Source: an uncultured Gammaproteobacteria bacterium
Lineage (GTDB): Bacteria; Patescibacteriota; Microgenomatia; Daviesbacterales; UBA10151
Assembly: GCA_964422835.1 (NCBI GenBank)
Contig: CAYRCR010000001.1
Coordinates: forward strand, 212,517-276,516
Direction: 5' to 3'
Length of the DNA stretch: 64,000 nucleotides
A model generated the notes under the pieces. The model was not told the origin of the DNA and ran no database searches. It was given only the letters and a program-made list of their open reading frames with translations. Position numbers and translations under genes: made by a program. Of the stretch, positions 9,092 to 19,710 are shown piece by piece (position 1 is the stretch's first letter; each line of letters starts with the position of its first letter).

Positions 9092-10331
9092 TTTTACCTC
9101 CTGCTATGGCACGGTTCCGGAAAGCCAGCCGATCTTCATATTTTTTTGTCAAACGATCATGTTCGATTTGAAGTTGCTCATTTGTTAAATAACATGTCCG
9201 GGTCATTTTATTACCATATTCATCAACAGCCGACCAATCAATATCCCTATGTTTTTTTTCATCATAAAAACATGTTCCCGGATATGGTGCCAGAATAGTA
9301 AACCCCACTATGTCGGGATCAATTTCATCAATTAACTGCTCAGTTAATTTTATATCATCAATATCCTCATTGGGCATTCCCAATAAGATATAGGCCCGGC
9401 GAAACAACCCAATATCTTTTGCCAATTCAAATGTAATTCTTATCTGATCAGGAGTAATTCCTTTTTTCATATCTGCCAGTATTTTTGGAGAGCCGCTTTC
9501 CACCCCTGCCCAAACCTCGCGGCAGCCGGCTTTATGCATGGCGCGAAGCATTTCCTCATCTGCTGTATCCACCCTGATATTGCATCCCCACTCGGTTTTA
9601 ATATCCCTTTTGAGTTTTTCTTCGCAAAACTGCAGGACCAACTTTTTCCTCAAAGTAAAAGTATCATCGCTAAATTTCATAAAATCAATCTGCCAATCAT
9701 TTACCACCTGTTCAAACTCATCAACAATATTTTTTGCACTGCGGAATCTGACATGCCTTGTCCAAATTACATTACTGGCGCAAAATACACACCTAAAAGG
9801 ACAGCCGCGGCTGCTAAAAATTGCCGCAATTCTTTTTTGATTATCTCTTTCTGCCTCCGCAATATTGCGTTCCTGCCTCACAATTCTCCTATCAGGAAAA
9901 GAAAGACTGTCTAAATCCTCGATATATGGCTGTTGTACTTTTAGTTCATGATTTCCCCGGACAATATCCAAAAATGCGTGTTCCCCTTCACCTATCACCA
10001 CTGCATCCACACACTTATTTTCCAGTGTTTCATCAGGTAAGGCCGAAGGGTGTACACCTCCAAATACAATATGATTATTAGGTCCTTTAATCTTTTCAGC
10101 TAAAAATAAACCATGCCTCATCTGGGGAGAAGTGCACGAAAATCCTACAATATCTGCCCCCTTACAACCCTCGATGATTTCCTTATCACTGTCAAAAAAA
10201 CCGCTGTAGAAAGAAATATTCTCATATCCTGCTACCCTTAAATTAGCCGCAAGATAGCCCATATTTAAAGCTTCCCAGGTGTGAAAGGATCTGGGTTGAA
10301 CCAGTGCAATCTCAGGTTTTCGTTCCGCCAT
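9078..10331 (-). CDS. B12-binding radical SAM enzyme
   Basis: N-terminal B12-binding domain (GGVHPS, GEGE), SRGCPFRCVFC, GVESGS. Confidence 0.9.
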   Translation of the reverse strand: MAERKPEIALVQPRSFHTWEALNMGYLAANLRVAGYENISFYSGFFDSDKEIIEGCKGADIVGFSCTSPQMRHGLFLAEKIKGPNNHIVFGGVHPSALPDETLENKCVDAVVIGEGEHAFLDIVRGNHELKVQQPYIEDLDSLSFPDRRIVRQERNIAEAERDNQKRIAAIFSSRGCPFRCVFCASNVIWTRHVRFRSAKNIVDEFEQVVNDWQIDFMKFSDDTFTLRKKLVLQFCEEKLKRDIKTEWGCNIRVDTADEEMLRAMHKAGCREVWAGVESGSPKILADMKKGITPDQIRITFELAKDIGLFRRAYILLGMPNEDIDDIKLTEQLIDEIDPDIVGFTILAPYPGTCFYDEKKHRDIDWSAVDEYGNKMTRTCYLTNEQLQIEHDRLTKKYEDRLAFRNRAIAGGKNGGD

Positions 10332-11298
10332 TATTTATAAATTCTTCGGCAGTAATTTTAGAATTCTCCTTTAGAATCTTTTGTATTTTATCATAAGTTA
10401 AAAGGCCTGCTTGAGCACCTATCTTTTCTACTACCGAAGCCCCGTTGGCTGCCCCCCAGCGCATGGCTTCAGCAAGATCTTTGCCATGGAAAAAGGCTGC
10501 CAGAACTCCTGTGGCATATGCGTCCCCTGCCCCGGTCATATCCACCACTTTTGCCGGAAAAGCCTCCAATTTATAATATTTTTCCCCACTAAATCCATAA
10601 GAACCATTTTTCCCGTCAGTAATAATTACCATCTTCGACCCCAAGTCCAACAAACCGCATAACATTTTTTTCATATTTATCCCGCCTACAACCTGTTCCG
10701 CCTCTTCTTTGTTTAAAATCAAAAGTTTAGTCAGGGAGAGAAGCCTGGCAAATTTTTTAATGCCGAAGTTTAGCTCATAGGTTCCGGGATTATAAATTAA
10801 AGAAGCTCCTGTTCTTTCCAGATAATTTTCAACCTGCCCGTTTAAATTGCACTCTATAGCAGATTTTCCCATAGATGAAACATAAATCCACTTGGCGCGG
10901 TCAAGATCCGGCAACTGGTATTTAAAATCCTGATGGTAAGTTAAAATTGTCCGTTCCCCTTTAAAGGAAATAAGGGCTGAAACATTGGAATCCTGCCCCT
11001 CACAAACTTTTACATAACGGGTATCCACCCCCTCCTCTTTTAATTTAGACAGAGTGAATTTTCCCATCTCATCAGTACCGATATTCAGATAAACTGCCGA
11101 GCGCATGCCAAGCCTTGCTGCTCCCACAGCATTATTGGGGTTATTGCCCCCCAAAACCTGCATGTATTTATCAACAGGTAATTTATCCCCAAAACGGAGA
11201 CATAACTCCTTTTGCCCTTTTTCTATTTCAATCTCCGCATCATGGATCTGAAAAAATAAATCTACCGCCGCATCACCAATGGAAATTAAATCAAACAT
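10312..11298 (-). CDS. PfkB-family carbohydrate kinase
   Basis: GGNNPNNAVG, DMTGAGDAY. Confidence 0.9.
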   Translation of the reverse strand: MFDLISIGDAAVDLFFQIHDAEIEIEKGQKELCLRFGDKLPVDKYMQVLGGNNPNNAVGAARLGMRSAVYLNIGTDEMGKFTLSKLKEEGVDTRYVKVCEGQDSNVSALISFKGERTILTYHQDFKYQLPDLDRAKWIYVSSMGKSAIECNLNGQVENYLERTGASLIYNPGTYELNFGIKKFARLLSLTKLLILNKEEAEQVVGGINMKKMLCGLLDLGSKMVIITDGKNGSYGFSGEKYYKLEAFPAKVVDMTGAGDAYATGVLAAFFHGKDLAEAMRWGAANGASVVEKIGAQAGLLTYDKIQKILKENSKITAEEFINNGGTKT

Positions 11299-11307
11299 AC
11301 TTCCAGT

Positions 11308-11520
11308 TTACAACACAGCAGGAGTAAACCCAAGTTCTTTAATTTTATCCAGAATCTGTTCCAATTCTATTTTTTCTTTATCGTATTCCACTTCTGTTTC
11401 TTGTTTTGCATAAGAAGTATTGGCAGATTTGACACCTTCCAAGTCTTCTAAATCCATATCAATGGAGAGGGCACAAGAGGTACAATGCATACCTTCAATT
11501 TTTAATTTAATCTTTTTCAT
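11308..11520 (-). CDS. CopZ-like heavy-metal-associated (HMA) chaperone
   Basis: GMHCTSC motif, 70 aa. Confidence 0.88.
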   Translation of the reverse strand: MKKIKLKIEGMHCTSCALSIDMDLEDLEGVKSANTSYAKQETEVEYDKEKIELEQILDKIKELGFTPAVL

Positions 11521-11528
11521 AATATCCT

Positions 11529-11627
11529 TGTCATTCTGAGCGTAGCGAAAAATCTCTCAGCCCGTCTGAGAAACTCGCATACGCGAGAGATCCTTCTCCC
11601 TCGACTTTACTCGGGATCAGGATGACA
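11529..11627. repeat. composite palindromic (REP/MITE-like) element
   Basis: Terminal IR TGTCATTCTGA / TCAGGATGACA, internal GAGCGTAGCGAA and nested hairpins. Confidence 0.8.
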
Positions 11628-11629
11628 TT

Positions 11630-12667
11630 TTATATCACCTCAATTGTTCCGTAATACATGCCCATGGAGCAGGTCCAATAAGTCTTACCCGCCTTTGTTG
11701 GGGTAAATTCTACTACTTCCGAAGTTTTTTGCAATAAATTTTTCCTTATATTAAAAGAAGGAATAACAAAAGCGGAAGTACAACCATAACCGCCTGTCGG
11801 AATCAAATTTAAACGGACAGGAATATTGGCCTGCACCTTAATGGAATTGGGGCTATAGCCATTGGGGAAAACCTTGATGTCAGTTACCTGCACTCCGTCC
11901 ACAATTTTAATATTTGAATCAACGGTTTTTATTTCCTCTCCCCCAACCCTTACCTCAAAAGGCAAAGCATCAACTATGGTTTGGGAAGTTATCGGCGCGT
12001 TTAAAACAATCAGGGCGGAATTTATTGATGATAGCCCGAGGTATATAACCAAAACGGCTGCCAGCCTTAAGAACTTTGTTTTGAAAGCATCTCCCAAAAC
12101 TGTGGTAATAAAACCGACTGCAAAAAAAAGCGGGGCAGTACCCAAAACGAACGCCCCCATGATAGCCGCGCCCAAAAAAGGGTTGCCTGAAGAGATTGCC
12201 AAGGCTTCCATGGCAATAGTGGTCCCGCAGGGAATTAAAATCGTCAAAACCCCGACTGTGGCCGGAGCAAAAAGGTCCTGGCTTTTAGCTCTACTGTGCA
12301 CAAGTTTTGCCAAAAACTTGGGTGGCTGGATTATGACATACCTGAAAATCGGGTGAACATTTAAAAGATTAAAGGCCACCAGTAGCATATATATTCCGGC
12401 AAATAGCTGCATGACAACTCTTGCAGTTTCTGAAATTTGTAAGGCTTGGCCAAATAACCCCAGGGCAAATCCTAAAATAACATAAACAATAAGCTTGGCC
12501 AATATAAAAGCAAGCGTTGGGAAAATGTTATGTTTCCTGCGGCCTCCTGCTTCTAAATCCGCCTCTTCCCGTGAAGTTATGACAGAAGCCAAAAGTCCGC
12601 CCTGTACAGCCAGGCATCCAATACCACCCACAGTAAGTCCGGTCAGGAAAATTATCCAAAGATCCAT
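11630..12667 (-). CDS. DsbD_2/TauE-like membrane protein with C-terminal cupredoxin domain
   Basis: GCLAVQGG and LIPCG TM cysteines; C-terminal GCT...WTCSMGMY. Confidence 0.82.
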   Translation of the reverse strand: MDLWIIFLTGLTVGGIGCLAVQGGLLASVITSREEADLEAGGRRKHNIFPTLAFILAKLIVYVILGFALGLFGQALQISETARVVMQLFAGIYMLLVAFNLLNVHPIFRYVIIQPPKFLAKLVHSRAKSQDLFAPATVGVLTILIPCGTTIAMEALAISSGNPFLGAAIMGAFVLGTAPLFFAVGFITTVLGDAFKTKFLRLAAVLVIYLGLSSINSALIVLNAPITSQTIVDALPFEVRVGGEEIKTVDSNIKIVDGVQVTDIKVFPNGYSPNSIKVQANIPVRLNLIPTGGYGCTSAFVIPSFNIRKNLLQKTSEVVEFTPTKAGKTYWTCSMGMYYGTIEVI

Positions 12668-12674
12668 CTTTTAA

Positions 12675-14906
12675 TTAAAGCTTAATCCTCTTTAAAAGTA
12701 AAGAATTGGTGACTACTGAAACCGAAGAAAGAGCCATGGCACCTGATGCCAAAATTGGGTTTAGCAGAATATGGAAAAATGGAAATAAGGCACCCATGGC
12801 AACCGGAATGAGTATTGTATTATATCCAAAAGCCCAAAACAAATTTAATCTGATTGTCCTCATGGTTTTACGCGAAAGTTCAATTGCCCCTGCCACTGAA
12901 TTTAGGTCTTTGCTTACCATGGTGATATCTGCCGCCTCAATTGCCACATCAGTTCCCGTGCCCATGGCAATCCCCACATCGGCAGAAGCCAAGGCCGGGG
13001 CATCATTTATGCCATCCCCTACCATAGCCACAATTTTGCCTTCGGCCTGAATTTTTTTTACTTCTGCCTCTTTACCGCTGGGCAAAACCTCTGCCAGAAC
13101 TCTTTTAATCCCGACCTGCTTGGCAATAGCCTTGGCTGTCCGGGCATTATCTCCGGTAATCATCACGGCCTCAATGCCCATCTTTTGCAAGCGCGCAACA
13201 CCAGCTTTGGCACTGGGTTTGACAGTATCTGCCACGGCAATCAGCCCTAAAAATTTCCCACCAGAGGCAAGTACCATTACAGTTTTTCCTTCATTTTCCA
13301 GCTTTTCCAAATTGGACTTAACCTTACTTATATCTATTTTTTCTTTTTCCATTAATCTAACATTACCCAAGACCACTTTTACTTTGCCGATTAAACCTTC
13401 CACACCATATCCTGAAATGGCCTTGAATTTATCAACTTTTTGCAGGGTAAGTTTATCCTCATCCGCTTTTTGAACAATAGCTTCAGCCAGTGAGTGCTCC
13501 GATCCTTTTTCCAAGGATGCAGCCATTTGCAAAACCTTCTTATCGCCAACAATGTCGGTCACCCTGGGTTTACCTTCAGTCAAAGTTCCGGTTTTGTCAA
13601 AAATTATGGTATTTATTTTATGGGCCAGCTCTAAACTTTCAGCATCTTTTATTAAAATCCCGTTTTCCGCACCTTTCCCCACTCCCACCACAATGGCAGT
13701 AGGAGTGGCCAACCCCATGGCACAAGGGCAGGCGATAATTAACACTGCTACAGTATTTAACATGGCCAAAAGGAAGGCTGGCATCGGCCCAAAGTTATAC
13801 CAGACAACAAAAGTCAAAATTGCCAAAATTAAAACAACAGGTACAAAATAGGAGGAGATCACGTCAACCAGTTTTTGAATCGGGGCCTTGCTGGATTGCG
13901 CCTCGGACACTAGTTTAATAATCTGGGCCAGCATTGTATCAGACCCAACTTTAGTGGCTTTATAGGTAAAAGTGCCGGATTTGTTGATTGTTGCCCCGAT
14001 TACCGTATCGCCTTTCCGCTTTTCTACGGGGATACTTTCTCCGGAAATCATTGATTCATCAATTGACGATTCTCCTTCCAAAATTTGTCCGTCCACCGGG
14101 ATCTTTTCGCCGGGCCTGACCCTGATAATATTTCCCACTACCACCTGTTCAATTGGGATATCCACTTCTTTACCATTCTTGACAATCCTGGCAGTTTTGG
14201 CCTGCATGCCAATTAATTTCTTAATAGCCTCACTCGTTCCCAGTTTAGCTTTTGCCTCAAAATACCGCCCCAATAAAATAAGGCCAATCACCACGGCCGA
14301 AACATCAAAATACGGCATCGGGTCAATACCCGTTTCCATTAAAAACTGCGGGAAAACTATTGCAAATACCGAGTAGGCAAAAGCAGCTGTTGTGCCAATG
14401 GCAATCAAAGTATCCATGTTGGCCAGGCGGTGGCGGAAAGCCGGGATTGCCCCTTTATAAAAACCCAGTCCTGCCCAAAATTGCACAGGGATGGCCAAAA
14501 TCATCTGAAAGTAGAAATTGCGAAGGATAGAGGGGGCAAAATCGGCCAAAACTGGAAATGTCCCCCAAACAATCAAAGCCCCCAAAAACAAACTCATCAT
14601 AACTTTTCTTTTTAGGGCTGCCAGTTCTTTTTGTTTTTGTTGTTTTTCTTTATCTTCAGATTGCAGTTTTTCTTTTACAGCCATTTTGTATCCGACATTG
14701 GCAATTTTGGAAATCAGTTCTTCTTCGGAAACCGCGGACTCATCAAAAGTTACATTGGCGCTTTCATCTATCAGGCTGACTGTAGACTTTTCTACCCCGG
14801 GAGTTTTTTTCAAAGTATCCTCAATAACTTTGACGCAAGAGGCACAGTGCATACCGGAGATAGTAAAACTTTGCTTCGTTAATTGACCAGTTCGTTCGTC
14901 GTTCAT
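12675..14906 (-). CDS. copA: copper-translocating P1B-type ATPase
   Basis: [32 protein letters not shown]; start chosen at the ATG coupled to the upstream stop. Confidence 0.95.
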   Translation of the reverse strand: MNDERTGQLTKQSFTISGMHCASCVKVIEDTLKKTPGVEKSTVSLIDESANVTFDESAVSEEELISKIANVGYKMAVKEKLQSEDKEKQQKQKELAALKRKVMMSLFLGALIVWGTFPVLADFAPSILRNFYFQMILAIPVQFWAGLGFYKGAIPAFRHRLANMDTLIAIGTTAAFAYSVFAIVFPQFLMETGIDPMPYFDVSAVVIGLILLGRYFEAKAKLGTSEAIKKLIGMQAKTARIVKNGKEVDIPIEQVVVGNIIRVRPGEKIPVDGQILEGESSIDESMISGESIPVEKRKGDTVIGATINKSGTFTYKATKVGSDTMLAQIIKLVSEAQSSKAPIQKLVDVISSYFVPVVLILAILTFVVWYNFGPMPAFLLAMLNTVAVLIIACPCAMGLATPTAIVVGVGKGAENGILIKDAESLELAHKINTIIFDKTGTLTEGKPRVTDIVGDKKVLQMAASLEKGSEHSLAEAIVQKADEDKLTLQKVDKFKAISGYGVEGLIGKVKVVLGNVRLMEKEKIDISKVKSNLEKLENEGKTVMVLASGGKFLGLIAVADTVKPSAKAGVARLQKMGIEAVMITGDNARTAKAIAKQVGIKRVLAEVLPSGKEAEVKKIQAEGKIVAMVGDGINDAPALASADVGIAMGTGTDVAIEAADITMVSKDLNSVAGAIELSRKTMRTIRLNLFWAFGYNTILIPVAMGALFPFFHILLNPILASGAMALSSVSVVTNSLLLKRIKL

Positions 14907-15256
14907 TGTACTATGATCTTTCCATGGTACATACCCATACCACAACTGTATCCATATTCCCCGCTCTTTTGCGGAGTAATTTCAACGGTTACTTTTTGAT
15001 TTAGAGGTAACTCTTTTTTAATTTTAAAGTCAGAAAGTACTACTTCGGATAAACACTCTGTCGGATCAGTCCTGGTAAAATTAATTCTGGTTGTTTTACC
15101 TTTAGGCACAGAGATTACTTCCGGCTGGTATCCTCCGTCCACAATAATATCTACAGAACCCACAACCTTCACTTCTTTTTCTTTTCTCATCAGAAAAAAC
15201 CAGAAAGTAAAAATAATCCCAATCACGCCGGCTATGGTAACTAAAATTTTATCCAT
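14903..15256 (-). CDS. cupredoxin-domain protein (CupA-like)
   Basis: TM then GGYQPEVI...C...[10 protein letters not shown]. Confidence 0.85.
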   Translation of the reverse strand: MDKILVTIAGVIGIIFTFWFFLMRKEKEVKVVGSVDIIVDGGYQPEVISVPKGKTTRINFTRTDPTECLSEVVLSDFKIKKELPLNQKVTVEITPQKSGEYGYSCGMGMYHGKIIVQ

Positions 15257-15259
15257 TAT

Positions 15260-15529
15260 TTAACCCTTTTTGGCCCATTTGTTATACAAAGAAATGGTGC
15301 CATAAATTGTTATCCAAGTGAGCCCCACAGCTGTTATAAAACCAAAGACCAGCGAACCTAAATCCGGAGCTGAAGTTGACTTAAGTCCTTCAAGGTTCAT
15401 GGAATGTGTCCAAGACTGGGTAACGCTGAACAATAAGTCCGGCGCAATATATGAAAGTGTTGCACAAGCTGCAACCCAAATGGCCATAATTGCCGCAGCA
15501 GCGTTAGCAAAAGCTTTTGCATTTAACAT
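15260..15529 (-). CDS. small 2-TM membrane protein (DUF5676-like)
   Basis: 89 aa with Cys/His, SD upstream, inside copper operon. Confidence 0.7.
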   Translation of the reverse strand: MLNAKAFANAAAAIMAIWVAACATLSYIAPDLLFSVTQSWTHSMNLEGLKSTSAPDLGSLVFGFITAVGLTWITIYGTISLYNKWAKKG

Positions 15530-15546
15530 CTTTTCTCACCCCCCTA

Positions 15547-15684
15547 TTACTTCTTTTGTATTTGTTTCCAAAGCCAAACACCCAAAAGAATGGCATCAAT
15601 TAAAATCACCAGTCCAAATAATCCTCCCAAAATATTAAATCCTCCGCCCCCTCCCCAATTCATCATATTTGTATATCCCCACAT
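15547..15684 (-). CDS. 45-aa single-TM protein missed by ORF track
   Basis: MWGYTNMMNWGGGGGFNILGGLFGLVILIDAILLGVWLWKQIQKK; AGGAGGTGA SD upstream; fills the operon gap. Confidence 0.75.
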   Translation of the reverse strand: MWGYTNMMNWGGGGGFNILGGLFGLVILIDAILLGVWLWKQIQKK

Positions 15685-15698
15685 TTTTTCATCACCTC

Positions 15699-16535
15699 CT
15701 ATGTTTTTCTGGAAATCCAATACAAGAAATAAATCACTGCCAGTAAAAATATGCCGTTTACTACAATATTACCCCCCAATAGGGAATTTATAAAGCCTCC
15801 CACATTCTCAATGGTTTTGGTGGCACCGGACATCCCTTCCATAGACAATCTTCCATTGACAGTCAAGATTAAAGTTAAAGAGCCGGTTATAAAAAAGATG
15901 GCTGCGGCAATTAAGTTATTTAAAATCAAAGGATAAGTTTTACCGAAGATTTTTATTTCCCCCAAAGGCCGCCTAAGAACCGTAAATTTGGGCATTTTGC
16001 CGGACAAAAAAGCAGAAATTATAAGCAAGGGTGTGACCATACCCAAAACATACATCCCGCCCAAAATTATTGCCCCGAAAAAAGAAGGAGTCAAAAAGGT
16101 CAGAGCCATGATACCGATTAAAACCGGAGCACAGCAAGCCGAGGTTATTCCTGAAAAAATTCCCATGGTAAAAATTGACAAGACATCAGTCTTCACACCC
16201 GGTTGGCTCCTTGAAAAATGCGGCATAGGCATTTTAAGCCCCAAAAGCGAAACCCCGGCAATTAAAAGCATAAATACTCCTGATATAAGATAAATCTCAT
16301 TATGGTAACGGAATAAAGACTTTGAGATAAAGGCTACCCCCAGGACTGCCGGAAGAAGCACTACAAAAATCCCCAAACCAAAAACCAGAGTCATGAGTAA
16401 TACCTTTTCTTTTTCCTTAAAAACGCTACCTAAGTATGCCGGAAGTAAAAAGGTGATGCAGCAAGGCGCGAAAAGCGCCACCATCCCCGCTACAAATGCC
16501 GCAATAAGTGATGTTTGAAAGAGAATGGTTTCCAT
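15699..16535 (-). CDS. CcdA/DsbD-like thiol-disulfide membrane transporter
   Basis: FAPCC and SACCAPVL TM cysteine motifs. Confidence 0.82.
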   Translation of the reverse strand: METILFQTSLIAAFVAGMVALFAPCCITFLLPAYLGSVFKEKEKVLLMTLVFGLGIFVVLLPAVLGVAFISKSLFRYHNEIYLISGVFMLLIAGVSLLGLKMPMPHFSRSQPGVKTDVLSIFTMGIFSGITSACCAPVLIGIMALTFLTPSFFGAIILGGMYVLGMVTPLLIISAFLSGKMPKFTVLRRPLGEIKIFGKTYPLILNNLIAAAIFFITGSLTLILTVNGRLSMEGMSGATKTIENVGGFINSLLGGNIVVNGIFLLAVIYFLYWISRKT

Positions 16536-16536
16536 C

Positions 16537-17451
16537 CTATGCTCCGCATCCTTTGCCTCCGGAAAGGCTGGGCCAGGCAATTGGTCCAACCTGCCTTTTT
16601 ATGGCCTGATAGCCCTGGGCAGAAGAAAATGTCTTGGATAAAATCTCGGCAGGGGAAACAGTTTTAAAATCACGGTTATTTTTAGCAAAATGGTAAGAAA
16701 TATCAAGATAAGTCTGCGGGAACCAGTAGGAATTAAAGGCCAGAACAGTTCTGTAAATCTCATCTTTAGAAAAGTTTTGCGATACCATCAGCTCAACCAG
16801 CGCTAAAGCCGCCATGCCATGATTGCAGTCAGGAAAAGCCACAGAATTTCCACAACAAGGCCTGAAAATCCCCCCGGCAATTTCCTCAACTTGTTTTTGC
16901 TGATCAGGCGTAAGTTTAATATAGGAAAACTTGCTATAAAGGTCCATTGGTTTTGAAACCCCGATTGTATAACCTCCGGTTGAAGCAAAATTGGCAGTTT
17001 GCCCGCCTTCCACCATCGGCCCCTTATCCAAAATGTCATTTTTATTAGAGAGCCCCAAACCCCATAAGACATCCACCCAGAATTGGGCATTGCCGGTATT
17101 TAGCTCAATTTGATCTTTAACAGAACCGTCAAGATATTTTTTGTATTCCGGAGGCAAGGCATCAGTCCCGGTTAAAGCTTTGGCCAGTTTTACCTCGTCA
17201 ATTACCCCATCGGAAATCAACTTCTTACCCAAATCTCCCCAGTTTAATTTAAAAGTAAAGCCTTTCGATGGCAAAACTTTTTCCTGTAAAACGCTTAAGT
17301 CCGGAGCTTGTTCTTTTGGGGCTTCTATTTTTTTAGCCTGGATTTTAAAGATTGGTTGGGAGATATTGCCTATCAAAAAAGAGGCTAGTATTATTCCTAA
17401 AATTAGAAATAAAGGCAATTTAAACTTTTTTTTCACATTATTTAATAACAT
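16537..17451 (-). CDS. membrane-anchored protein with PCC-x7-C-x-H motif
   Basis: N-terminal TM; FRPCCGNSVAFPDCNHGMA; C-terminal GCGA. Confidence 0.7.
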   Translation of the reverse strand: MLLNNVKKKFKLPLFLILGIILASFLIGNISQPIFKIQAKKIEAPKEQAPDLSVLQEKVLPSKGFTFKLNWGDLGKKLISDGVIDEVKLAKALTGTDALPPEYKKYLDGSVKDQIELNTGNAQFWVDVLWGLGLSNKNDILDKGPMVEGGQTANFASTGGYTIGVSKPMDLYSKFSYIKLTPDQQKQVEEIAGGIFRPCCGNSVAFPDCNHGMAALALVELMVSQNFSKDEIYRTVLAFNSYWFPQTYLDISYHFAKNNRDFKTVSPAEILSKTFSSAQGYQAIKRQVGPIAWPSLSGGKGCGA

Positions 17452-17941
17452 TGCCTGAAAAAGAAAATTCCACATACGGCTTGTCCGGATCATTGGTTTC
17501 AAAACTGACAATCCGGGAAATCGGGCCTACCCCTTGCGGGCCATGATAGGTTGGGTCAAAACTGGATACAACCTGGCCTTCTTCCCCCGGATTTAAGGTA
17601 CCTGTCCAGTCAGAAGGCGGGGACATACCTTTCATACCAAACTTAGGACCTTCTCCTTTTGGAGTTTTTAAAAATACTTTACTACAGGCACAAGAGCTAA
17701 CCATGTTGGCAATTTGCAATGGCTTATCACCAATATTTTTCACTTTAAACTCATGTATGGCATCTCCTCCGGAATATGGGATGTCTTTAAAGTCAAAACT
17801 TGTTTCTGTTGTTTCTATTTTGGCTCCGGCTGTTTTTTCAAGGGAAGCTTTGGATGAAGATTTACCCAAAAAGAAAATAGCCCCCGCTAGAATAGCAACT
17901 GTAAATAAAATAACTGCAATGATGATTTTTTTGTCGCTCAT
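17438..17941 (-). CDS. DUF1573-like Ig-fold exported protein
   Basis: TM, FDF, KNIGDKPLQI, SSCACS, LNPGE. Confidence 0.75.
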   Translation of the reverse strand: MSDKKIIIAVILFTVAILAGAIFFLGKSSSKASLEKTAGAKIETTETSFDFKDIPYSGGDAIHEFKVKNIGDKPLQIANMVSSCACSKVFLKTPKGEGPKFGMKGMSPPSDWTGTLNPGEEGQVVSSFDPTYHGPQGVGPISRIVSFETNDPDKPYVEFSFSGNVIK

Positions 17942-17945
17942 TTTA

Positions 17946-18215
17946 TTATTGGCTCTTTTTAAAAACCTGCATAATTTCTGAAACTGCCTCCCCGCCTTTG
18001 CCATGCTTGACAGCATCAGCGGCACAGGTTTTTAAGTGGTTTTCCAGCATAACCAGATCTGCTTCCCGCAAAGCTCTTTGCACGGCTTGGGATTGATGAA
18101 TAATGTCAATGCAATATACCTGGCTTTCAACCATTTTAATAATCTTTTTCAAATGCCCTGCAGCAATTTGAAATCTGTGTAATATTCTCTCCTGTGTATC
18201 TTTAGGTCTATACAT
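17946..18215 (-). CDS. csoR: CsoR-family copper-sensing repressor
   Basis: GHLKKI...YCIDIIHQSQAV...HLKTC. Confidence 0.88.
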   Translation of the reverse strand: MYRPKDTQERILHRFQIAAGHLKKIIKMVESQVYCIDIIHQSQAVQRALREADLVMLENHLKTCAADAVKHGKGGEAVSEIMQVFKKSQ

Positions 18216-18219
18216 GAAG

Positions 18220-18264
18220 TCCCCCTATGGGGGATATAGTAAGATATTCTAAAAGCGATGTCAA
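18220..18264 (-). promoter_or_regulatory. csoR promoter and operator
   Basis: TTGACA (18264-18259), 17 bp, TACTAT (18241-18236), then C/G-tract palindrome TCCCCCTATGGGGGA (18220-18234). Confidence 0.75.
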
Positions 18265-18275
18265 GGGCCGCTATT

Positions 18276-19190
18276 TTATGCTGCTCGCTGAAGGATATGA
18301 GCTACCTCTAGTATCTGTGGTACAGTATCTGTCACCACTTTATCTGGATAGAGAGAGGGATACCTGATTTGCCCCATTTCATTTATTCTTTTCTCTATTA
18401 AAACACCTGGAATCTCAAAGTAAATATTATCCAAAAAAACATTGGGATCCAAACTTTTCTTCCCACCTAATCGATTATATAAATCTCTCTGAGCTAAAGT
18501 TCTGGTAGTATGATAACCCTCTCCCTTCAAGGCATCCTCAACCCTATCTCCTACAATATATTGATTGAAAGCTGGAATACTTTTCTGGGCGCGCCGTTCT
18601 GCCAAGAAACTTGTTAGCGGCAGGACGACCACTCCTCCTATCATCATCCCGACCCCTGCTAAATAGAATCTTTCATCTCCGGATCCAGAACTTAACAGAT
18701 AACCTAAAGTTGTTCCGGCAGCCATTATAGCAACCCAACTACCAAAAAATGATTTTTTTCCTGTTGTTACCCGGGAGGGAAAACCCAAAATAGCGGGTCT
18801 CTCAATATAGTGCCCGGTGAAATTATTAAGATCCCTTAAGAATTCTTCTTCTGGTAAATCATCCGTAGCTATTCGCAAAAATGGGTTCACATGCTTTGGT
18901 TCTTCTTGAGCTTCAGGATAATAGAAACCTAGTCTAGAGTTGATAACTGTTCCGCCATCAGGAAAGTTTGGAACAGTGTGACCGATCCGTTCATATATTT
19001 CCCACTTGCCTCGCTTTTTAGGTACAACAGCGGATTTCTCAAAACCCAACTCTTTGGCAACTAACGGAAGGTCGTCAATTAACACCGACTTGACAACTTT
19101 TTCCCTCTTAGACCATAAAGTCCCCCACTGATCCCCAAGAGTAGCATACCGGGAAACTCTATAAGCAACATTTTCGACTGCGGTCGCCAT
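18276..19190 (-). CDS. hypothetical protein with two central TM helices
   Basis: 304 aa ORF. Confidence 0.7.
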   Translation of the reverse strand: MATAVENVAYRVSRYATLGDQWGTLWSKREKVVKSVLIDDLPLVAKELGFEKSAVVPKKRGKWEIYERIGHTVPNFPDGGTVINSRLGFYYPEAQEEPKHVNPFLRIATDDLPEEEFLRDLNNFTGHYIERPAILGFPSRVTTGKKSFFGSWVAIMAAGTTLGYLLSSGSGDERFYLAGVGMMIGGVVVLPLTSFLAERRAQKSIPAFNQYIVGDRVEDALKGEGYHTTRTLAQRDLYNRLGGKKSLDPNVFLDNIYFEIPGVLIEKRINEMGQIRYPSLYPDKVVTDTVPQILEVAHILQRAA

Positions 19191-19446
19191 ACAATGATTG
19201 AATACTACTCTTCCAACAATCCCCTGTCAAGATAGTATCAGACCCCATATTCCACCCCCAGGGTATGATATTGTTTCATCCAAAGAATTGTAGTTTTCCA
19301 CTTTGTTACACCTCTGGTGTGTAACAAACTTTAAAACTGAACTCTACCAAATTAGACGATCGCGTTTTTTAGGGAAGCCAAGAAGGCCTGGCCTTATAAC
19401 TTATAAAGGGATTTAATATTATTCACAAAGATGTGATAATAAAGTA

Positions 19447-19698
19447 ATGTATATAAGAGCGATTTTAGCGCTACTATTTATACCATTGGGTTTATATGTG
19501 GTTGCCCCCAGATACAGAGCCACATTCAACTGGGTATTAGTACTTATTACAGAATTCATTGTAATAAGCATATTTAGTCTGGACATTATATTAAGTAAAA
19601 TTGGTTTTTACGAGGGAAAGGGTCATATCACAAGAAAGCTAATATTATTTCTAATAATGGCTTTAATAATAGGCGCCGGAATCAGCTTTCTTGCATGA
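19447..19698 (+). CDS. small hypothetical membrane protein
   Basis: 83 aa, three hydrophobic segments, AT-rich. Confidence 0.6.
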   Translation: MYIRAILALLFIPLGLYVVAPRYRATFNWVLVLITEFIVISIFSLDIILSKIGFYEGKGHITRKLILFLIMALIIGAGISFLA

Positions 19699-19710
19699 CA
19701 TATATATTCT

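Noticed and set aside
11862-14886. Many 60-160 aa + strand ORFs opposite the copper operon (and similar ones opposite other genes)
   Set aside because: Antisense shadows of well-supported minus-strand genes, with no recognisable motifs.
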